DNA of 64,000 nucleotides from an uncultured Arcobacteraceae bacterium (GTDB lineage Bacteria; Campylobacterota; Campylobacteria; Campylobacterales; Arcobacteraceae): NCBI GenBank assembly GCA_964022095.1, contig CAXHZO010000004.1, positions 71,593 to 135,592 of the forward strand, read 5' to 3'. Shown piece by piece: positions 57,499 to 64,000 of this stretch (position 1 is its first letter; each line of letters starts with the position of its first letter). The notes under the pieces were generated by a model. It saw only the letters and a program-made list of their open reading frames with translations, ran no database searches and was not told where the DNA came from. The position numbers and the translations under genes were made by a program.

Positions 57499-59658
57499 TT
57501 GGAAAAGAATGATTCAAATGTAATTGAGAAAGAAACACTTTCAAATCTAAAAGATAGAAGAAAAGTAGATGACCTTTTGGGTTGTCTACTTTTTTTATCA
57601 AAATACCATAATAGAGAGACTTCAGCAGAGTCTTTAACTTTTGGACTACCTATACACAAATCTTCAATGAACATTTCAATGTTTCATCAAGCAGCTTCTA
57701 GAATAGGCTTAAAAACTAAAACTGTTAAAAGAAATAGTGTAAAAGATATCACTAAACTAGCTTTACCTTCAGTTTTGATGTTAAATAAAGATAGAGCTTG
57801 TGTATTAGTAGATTATGATTTAGAAAATGGTAATGCAAATGTGATTTTACCTGGATTAATTTCTGGTGAAACACAAATGCCTATTGAAAAGTTAGAATCA
57901 GAATACACAGGTGAAGTAATTATTATTAAGCCTGAGTATAATTTTAATAATAGAATAGAAAAAGAAGTTAATGTTGAGAGTCCAAGAGAGTGGTTTTGGG
58001 GAACATTATTAAGAAATAGAGGTATTTATAAACAAGTAATTGTTGTATCATTATTTATAAACTTATTTATTTTAGCAACTCCTTTATTTACTATGAATGT
58101 ATACGATAGAGTTTTGCCAAACAATGCAATAGAAACTTTATGGGCATTATTTATTGGTATTGCACTTGTAATGTTTTTTGATTTGCTCCTAAAAGTATTA
58201 AGAGCACACTTCTTAGGGATAGCAAGTAAACGAGCAGATACTATTATGTCAAATAAAATATTTAATCATTTGTTAAATATAAAACTTGATGCTAAACCTG
58301 CATCTACTGGACAATTTGTTAGTAGACTGCAATCTTTTGAAAATGTAAGAGAATTTTTCACAAGTGCAACAATAGCTGCTTTAGTTGATTTCCCTTTTGT
58401 TATAATTTTTATTTTAGTAATTTATTTTATAGCAGGACCCCTTGCTTATATAACAATTTTTACAATACTTCTTTCAATTTCTTTATCTTGGTATTTACAA
58501 AGACCTTTAAAAACTTTAATTGAAAAATCTGTAAAAGAAGAGCAAATAAAACAAACAACTTTAATTGAAGCAGTTGCTGGATTAGAGATTATAAAAAGTG
58601 TTAAAGCTCAAAACAGAATGAAAACACACTGGGATCAATCAGTAAATAAAACAGTTCATTATGCAGATAAAGGGCATTTTTTATCTCAGACAATAACATA
58701 TACAACAGCATTTATTTCACAATTTTCAAATATTGCTATTGTTGTTGGGGGAGTTTACTTAGCTCAAGAGGGTGAAATTACAATGGGTGCAATTATTGCA
58801 GCTATGATTTTAAATGGAAGAGTTATTGCCCCTATTTCTCAAATAGTTGGTATGATTATTAAGTTTGATAGAACTATGTTATCTCTTAATAATCTTGATG
58901 AAGTTATGAGTATGCCAGTAGAAAAAGAGAATAAGACTTATATTAGTAGACCTAATTTATCAGGAGATATTGAATTAAAAGATGTTCAATTTGCATATAA
59001 AGATCAAAATCATCAAACTTTAAAAGATATAAATATTAAAATAAAAAAAGGCGAAAAAGTTGCTATTTTAGGAAAAATAGGTTCAGGAAAATCAACCTTG
59101 CTTAAGCTTATTAATAATTTATATGAACCAACAAAAGGATCAGTTTTAATTGATGCACTTGATACAAGACAAATTGACCCAACTGATTTACGTCATGCAA
59201 TTGGCTCAGTTCCTCAAGAGCCATTTTTATTTATGGGAACAATCAAAGATAATCTTACTATTGGTGAGCAATATGTTTCTGATGAAGAGATTTTAAGAGT
59301 TTCAAAGATTGCTGGCTTAGATGATTTTTTAGGTAAGCATGAAGCTGGATATGATTTATTAGTTGGTGAAAGAGGTGAAGGATTAAGTGGTGGCGAGAGA
59401 CAAGCTGTTACTTTAGCTAGAGCATTGATCTCTGATCCCAATATTATTATGCTAGATGAGCCAACAAACTCAATGGATAGACAAACTGAAAAATCATTTA
59501 TTAATAGATTACAAAATATTGTGGAAGATAAAACTTTAATTGTTGTTACTCATAAAACTTCATTATTGCAATTAGTTGATAGAATTATTATTGTTGAAAA
59601 TGGTAAGGTAGTAGTAGATGGCCCAAAAGAAGAAGTATTTACAACAAAAGTAGGTTAA
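57499..59658 (+). CDS. Type I secretion ABC permease/ATPase (LapB-like, C39-like N-domain)
   Basis: PLFTMNVYDRVLPN, Walker A GKIGSGKST, LSGGERQ and MLDEPT. Confidence 0.95.
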   Translation: MEKNDSNVIEKETLSNLKDRRKVDDLLGCLLFLSKYHNRETSAESLTFGLPIHKSSMNISMFHQAASRIGLKTKTVKRNSVKDITKLALPSVLMLNKDRACVLVDYDLENGNANVILPGLISGETQMPIEKLESEYTGEVIIIKPEYNFNNRIEKEVNVESPREWFWGTLLRNRGIYKQVIVVSLFINLFILATPLFTMNVYDRVLPNNAIETLWALFIGIALVMFFDLLLKVLRAHFLGIASKRADTIMSNKIFNHLLNIKLDAKPASTGQFVSRLQSFENVREFFTSATIAALVDFPFVIIFILVIYFIAGPLAYITIFTILLSISLSWYLQRPLKTLIEKSVKEEQIKQTTLIEAVAGLEIIKSVKAQNRMKTHWDQSVNKTVHYADKGHFLSQTITYTTAFISQFSNIAIVVGGVYLAQEGEITMGAIIAAMILNGRVIAPISQIVGMIIKFDRTMLSLNNLDEVMSMPVEKENKTYISRPNLSGDIELKDVQFAYKDQNHQTLKDINIKIKKGEKVAILGKIGSGKSTLLKLINNLYEPTKGSVLIDALDTRQIDPTDLRHAIGSVPQEPFLFMGTIKDNLTIGEQYVSDEEILRVSKIAGLDDFLGKHEAGYDLLVGERGEGLSGGERQAVTLARALISDPNIIMLDEPTNSMDRQTEKSFINRLQNIVEDKTLIVVTHKTSLLQLVDRIIIVENGKVVVDGPKEEVFTTKVG

Positions 59659-59661
59659 AAG

Positions 59662-61230
59662 ATGGATAAAAATAGTGATAAATTAGATGATATTCTTAGT
59701 TTAGAAAATAATGAACACTTAACTATTGTTGAAAATAATACTAAAGAAGAATCTTCAAAAGAACAGAAACAATTAGAAGATGAAAAGTTACAAAAAACAA
59801 TAGAATCTAAATATCAAGAAGAAGAACCAATTATCAAATCAAAAAGTGGCTTAATTCATTGGATTAAAAGACTTTATGGTTTAGAAGAAGATGAAAAAGA
59901 AGACCTTAATTTTATCTACTCTTCTTATGCAACTTCAAATGAAACACCAGGAAAAATTTCAAATTCAATTTTTTTGATTGTTATTGGTGTATTTATGGTT
60001 TTATTATTATGGGCTGCTTTTGCAGAGATAGATGAATTAGCAAGAGGTGATGGTAAAGTTGTCCCTACTGATAAAATTCAAACTGTACAGTCTTTAGATG
60101 GGGGGATTATTTCGGAAATTTTTGTAAAAGAGGGTGACACTGTAAAAAAAGGCTCATCTTTAATGAAAATTGATACTACAAGATTTCAAGCTACTTTAGA
60201 AGAGAGTAAACAAGAGTATTTTTCTTTATTGGCTATCAAAGCTAGATTAGAAGCAGAAGCTAGAATTGACATTAATAAATCTGTTCCAAAACTTAAATTC
60301 AATAAAAAAGTTTTAGAAGATGATTCAAGATACGATATTAATGAAAAAATACTTTTTGAAAATCGATTTAGAGAATTACAGTCTTCTATTAGAGTTTTAA
60401 AAAGTCAAAAGAATCAAAAAAGACAAGAACTTAGAGAAATTCAAAGTACTATTTCAAAGTTAAGTGATAGTTTGGGGTATATTGAAGAGCAAAGAAAAAC
60501 CATTAAAAAGCTTGTTGCTAGGGGTGTTAAGTCTAAATATGATTTATTAGATATTGAAAAAGAATATACTCAAACAAAAGGTGACTTAGATACAGCTAGA
60601 TTATCTATTTCAAGATCAAGATATGCAATATCAGAAGCAGATAGTAGAATAAATGAAAAAATAAATACTTTTAAATCAGAAGCTTCAAATGAGTTACAAC
60701 AAACAGTTAGTCAGATAAATAGATTTGAAGCTAAATTAGTTGGTGATGAAGATAAGGTTGCAAAAACTACAATTGTGTCACCTGTTGATGGAATTATCAA
60801 ACAATTAAATTTTAACACAATAGGGGGTGTTGTTCAATCAGGCGTAGATTTAATTGAGATTGTACCTGTTAGTGATGCCTTAGTTGTTGAAGCTAAGATT
60901 GATCCAAGAGATATTGCATTTATTAATCCAAGTCAAAAAGCAATTATTAAAATTACAGCATATGATTTCTCTATTTATGGTGGATTAGAGGGTAAGATTA
61001 TTGATATCTCAGCTGATAGTATCATTGATAAAGAATCAAAAGAGGGCAAGAGCTATTATAGAGTCTTAGTTAAGACTGATAAAAACTATCTTGAAAAAAA
61101 TGAAAAAAAACTACCTATTATTCCAGGTATGGTTGCAACAGTTGATATTGTAACAGGAAAGAAAACTATTCTTGATTTTATTTTAAAACCTATTTTAAAA
61201 GTAAAACAAGACTCACTTCATGAAAGATAG
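59662..61230 (+). CDS. HlyD-family T1SS periplasmic adaptor (LapC-like)
   Basis: WAAFAEIDELARGDGKV, VQSLDGGII, SPVDG, AYDFSIYGGL and PGMVATVDIVTGKKT. Confidence 0.95.
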   Translation: MDKNSDKLDDILSLENNEHLTIVENNTKEESSKEQKQLEDEKLQKTIESKYQEEEPIIKSKSGLIHWIKRLYGLEEDEKEDLNFIYSSYATSNETPGKISNSIFLIVIGVFMVLLLWAAFAEIDELARGDGKVVPTDKIQTVQSLDGGIISEIFVKEGDTVKKGSSLMKIDTTRFQATLEESKQEYFSLLAIKARLEAEARIDINKSVPKLKFNKKVLEDDSRYDINEKILFENRFRELQSSIRVLKSQKNQKRQELREIQSTISKLSDSLGYIEEQRKTIKKLVARGVKSKYDLLDIEKEYTQTKGDLDTARLSISRSRYAISEADSRINEKINTFKSEASNELQQTVSQINRFEAKLVGDEDKVAKTTIVSPVDGIIKQLNFNTIGGVVQSGVDLIEIVPVSDALVVEAKIDPRDIAFINPSQKAIIKITAYDFSIYGGLEGKIIDISADSIIDKESKEGKSYYRVLVKTDKNYLEKNEKKLPIIPGMVATVDIVTGKKTILDFILKPILKVKQDSLHER

Positions 61231-61251
61231 TCTAAGAGACTTATCTTTCAT
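61220..61251 (+). terminator. Hairpin spanning the hlyD stop
   Basis: ATGAAAGATAGTCT-AAG-AGAC(T)TATCTTTCAT. Confidence 0.55.
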
Positions 61252-61378
61252 AAAATAACTTTTTAAAACCTACAAATAAGCTTTTTCTTTCAAAAAAAAT
61301 CAAAAAAAAACTTTTTGGAGACTTTATTTCTGTACTATAGTATAGTAAAAAAATATATTCCTAGATAAGGTCTTAAAA

Positions 61379-61555
61379 ATGTACCCTAAAGATGACTTAA
61401 TTATTGATGATGAAATATTAGATATCAACAATATGGAGTGGATTAAAGAATCTACAGAAGTATTAGATGACATAAAATATAACGTATACCACGGAGTTGG
61501 TGATAACTCACTAGTAAAACTACACATAATTGATGAAATACAATTTGAATTATAA
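61379..61555 (+). CDS. Unannotated 58-aa acidic protein resembling the C-terminal module of T1SS-secreted adhesins
   Basis: SD TAAGG at 61366..61370. Translates as MYPKDDLIIDDEILDINNMEWIKESTEVLDDIKYNVYHGVGDNSLVKLHIIDEIQFEL. The stop lies 15 nt before the adhesin ATG. Confidence 0.7.
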   Translation: MYPKDDLIIDDEILDINNMEWIKESTEVLDDIKYNVYHGVGDNSLVKLHIIDEIQFEL

Positions 61556-61570
61556 TTTGGAGAAATAAAA

Positions 61571-64000
61571 ATGAAATTAACTATAAAAACTGGAAGTAAT
61601 TTAAAAAAAGTTGTTGAACTAAACAAAGATTTAGAATTTGATGTATCAAAAGGAGAACAGTATATTTTCTCAAGTGGTTTTTCTAACTACATTTTAAATT
61701 TTGAAGATAACCAACAATCAATATTATTAGTATTTAATGTTGATGGTAAAGCAGTTAAAATTCAATTAAATGGAATCGTTCCTTTATTAAATGAAAACAC
61801 TCCAAATATGGATAGTCCAACAGCTGTAATTATTAATAAAAATGTTAGTGATAAAGATCTTGATGAAGTTATTGAAAATGGTGAATTTAGTGGTAGCGAA
61901 ATTATTGATAGACTTGAAGTTATTGCTTCAAAACCAGTTGATGGTGCTGATGGTGATTTAGCATTAATTACAAACTTCCAAACATTAATTGAATCTTTAG
62001 GTGCAGCAGCTGCAGGTCCAGAAGCAGGTGGTGAAGCAACTTCAAACGGTTCAACATTTAATTCAATTTTCGGCCCAGCAACAGATAGTTTGCCAGGTAT
62101 TGCTTCAACAGATAGATGGGTTAATTTATCAGAAAGTATTTCATCAATTCCAGTAGATCCAGGTGAAGACATTGGTATTGGGGATGTTACTCCTCCTACT
62201 CTTAATGTTGGTAATTTAACGGTAAAAGAAGGCGATTATGCTGTAATTAATATTAGTTTAAATGAGGCTAGTACTGTAGATACAACTTTTGATTTAGTAT
62301 TAAAAGAGGGAACAGCAACTTCAGATGATTACGAACCACAAATAGAAGTATTTGATGGAACAAACTGGGTACCAGCAGATTCAGCAACAATACCAGCAGG
62401 ACAGACAGAAGTACAAGCAAGAGTAAAAACAATTGATGATTTAAATCATGAACCAACTGAATCATTTACTATTGAAGCAACTGTTACTGGGGGAATTGTT
62501 ACAAATCCTATCACAGAGGGTGTAATTACAATTACTGATGATTCTGATATCCCACAAATAGTAATTAGTGATTCGACTATTAATGAAGAAGATGGTGTAT
62601 TAACATTTGTAGTAAGCCTATCAAATCCAAGTAGTGAAGAAGTAAGTGTAGATTATAAAACAGTAGATGGAACAGCAATTGCAGGAAGTGATTATGAGCC
62701 AGTATTAAGTGAAACAATAACATTCCTACCAGGAGAGACTTCAAAAACAATATCAATACCAGTAATAGATGATGCGATCTTTGAAGATTCAGAGAGTATG
62801 ACAATAGAGTTATCAAACCCAGTAAACTCAGAAATAGCAGATGAAGAGGGTGAAGGAAGAATTCTTGATGATGGAGATATTCCAACATTTACAATTTCAG
62901 ACACAGAAGCAGTAGAGGGTGATTATGCAGTATTCAATGTACAATTAAGTAACCCAAGTGAAGAAGATGTAACAATAGATTTAACACCAAAAGCAGGGAC
63001 AGCAGAAGATAGTGACTTTGAACCAGAAGTAGAAGTATTTGATGGAACAAACTGGGTACCAGCAACAAGTGTAACAATACCAGCAGGACAGACAGAAGTA
63101 CCAGTAAGAGTAAAAACAACTCAAGATGATATAGATGAGCCAGTAGAAGAGTTTACATTAGAAGGTGAAGTAGTAGATGGAACAACTGCAAACCCAACAG
63201 ATAGTGGAACAGCATCAATATTAGATAATGATGGAATACCACAAATAGTAATAAGTGACTCAGCTGTAAATGAAGAAGATGGTGTATTAACATTTGTAGT
63301 AAGCCTATCAAATCCAAGTAGTGAAGAAGTAACTGTTGATTACACAACAACAGATGGAACAGCAATTGCTGGATCAGATTATGTTGCAGATAATGGAACA
63401 ATAACATTCCTACCAGGAGAAACTTCAAAAACAATTTCAATTTCTGTATTAGATGATATAGTTTATGAAGATGACGAAAGTATGTATATTGATTTATCAA
63501 ATCCAGTAAATTCTGAAATAGCAGATAATCAAGGTGAGGGTAGAATTGCTGATAGTGGTAATAATGGAGATATCCCAACATTATCAATTTCAGATTCAAT
63601 CGTAACTGAAGGTGATTATAATATCTTTACTGTTCAAATTTCAAATCCTTCAACAGAAGATATTAAATTTAAATTTTCAACAGAAGATGGTACAGCTAAA
63701 AAAGGTACAGATTATGATGCAGATTTAATTGAAGTATATGAAGTATCAAGTGATAATGGAATTACATGGACACAAGCAGATGAAGCAACAATAGAAGCTG
63801 GAAATACAGCAATTTTAGTAAGAATTCCAACTATTGAAGACGAATTAGCAGAAATAAATGAAACATATACTCTAACAGCAGAAGTTACTGAAGGAACGAC
63901 AACAAATTCTGATTATACAACAGGTTCAAAAGCAACTGCAACGGGAACAATAATAGATGATGATGTAGCATCAATTATAATAGGTGACGCAGTACTAGAT
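61571..64000 (+). CDS. Large repetitive T1SS-secreted adhesin (LapA-like, Calx-beta repeats), 3'-truncated by the window edge
   Basis: SD GGAG; open for 810 codons to the window end; no Sec signal; LGAAAAGPEAGG at about aa 143-154; repeats such as VDYKTVDGTAIAGSDY...ITFLPGETSKTISIPVIDDAIFEDSE. Confidence 0.93.
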   Translation, partial: MKLTIKTGSNLKKVVELNKDLEFDVSKGEQYIFSSGFSNYILNFEDNQQSILLVFNVDGKAVKIQLNGIVPLLNENTPNMDSPTAVIINKNVSDKDLDEVIENGEFSGSEIIDRLEVIASKPVDGADGDLALITNFQTLIESLGAAAAGPEAGGEATSNGSTFNSIFGPATDSLPGIASTDRWVNLSESISSIPVDPGEDIGIGDVTPPTLNVGNLTVKEGDYAVINISLNEASTVDTTFDLVLKEGTATSDDYEPQIEVFDGTNWVPADSATIPAGQTEVQARVKTIDDLNHEPTESFTIEATVTGGIVTNPITEGVITITDDSDIPQIVISDSTINEEDGVLTFVVSLSNPSSEEVSVDYKTVDGTAIAGSDYEPVLSETITFLPGETSKTISIPVIDDAIFEDSESMTIELSNPVNSEIADEEGEGRILDDGDIPTFTISDTEAVEGDYAVFNVQLSNPSEEDVTIDLTPKAGTAEDSDFEPEVEVFDGTNWVPATSVTIPAGQTEVPVRVKTTQDDIDEPVEEFTLEGEVVDGTTANPTDSGTASILDNDGIPQIVISDSAVNEEDGVLTFVVSLSNPSSEEVTVDYTTTDGTAIAGSDYVADNGTITFLPGETSKTISISVLDDIVYEDDESMYIDLSNPVNSEIADNQGEGRIADSGNNGDIPTLSISDSIVTEGDYNIFTVQISNPSTEDIKFKFSTEDGTAKKGTDYDADLIEVYEVSSDNGITWTQADEATIEAGNTAILVRIPTIEDELAEINETYTLTAEVTEGTTTNSDYTTGSKATATGTIIDDDVASIIIGDAVLD
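62190..63570 (+). repeat. Tandem ~687-bp (229-aa, two-domain) internal duplication in the adhesin; boundaries approximate
   Basis: Exact blocks at offset 687: 62343..62377 = 63030..63064 and 62582..62645 = 63269..63332. A more diverged third unit starts near 63570. Confidence 0.85.

Noticed and set aside
721-59441. Other short ORFs nested in long genes (e.g. 721..945, 24593..24886, 25843..26232, 27623..28003, 36903..37307, 52937..53332, 55733..55924)
   Set aside because: They overlap well-supported genes, have no recognisable motifs, and show antisense-shadow composition.
61324-63599. Minus-strand ORFs (61324..61626, 61762..62172, 62268..62465, 62580..62888, 62692..62904, 62934..63119, 63153..63599)
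   Set aside because: These are Leu/Ser-rich shadows of the plus-strand mini-ORF and adhesin, caused by biased codon usage.
53953-64000. Genomic island integrated at the tRNA cluster carrying the T1SS
   Set aside because: No integrase, no duplicated tRNA 3' end and no obvious composition shift within the window.

Overview
This is a very AT-rich chromosomal window from a Campylobacterota bacterium, most likely Arcobacteraceae (inferred from protein style and gene order). In order it carries: the end of a flagellin-glycosylation locus (RraA-like, WecE/RffA, methyltransferase, DUF354, Maf); three tandem 282-aa flagellins; trmA; a SUV3-like helicase; an ankyrin protein; the glmU-coaBC-uppS-prepilin peptidase-lptF/G-truA operon; a TAXI-TRAP transporter; hrcA-grpE-dnaK with CIRCE and HAIR-like operators; mltA and psd; a GGDEF/EAL protein; a rimB-like/rimK/peptidase cluster; dsbD; cobalamin-related genes; htrA-cprRS-like genes; ilvD; tRNA-Leu/Ser/Cys; a cold-shock gene; and a Lap-like type I secretion system followed by a large Calx-beta adhesin that runs off the window end and is absent from the ORF track. 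Several two-component genes are interspersed. The most notable observations are: (1) an unannotated 58-aa ORF between the T1SS and the adhesin that looks like a free-standing T1SS C-terminal secretion-signal module; (2) a TolC fused to a DamX-type SPOR domain; (3) a duplicated multi-hairpin 5' leader on two of the three flagellins, whose coding cores appear homogenised by gene conversion; (4) an apparent AUA start codon on the CprR-like regulator. No CRISPR array, rRNA, IS element or prophage was seen. All homology calls come from recalled motifs, not database searches.
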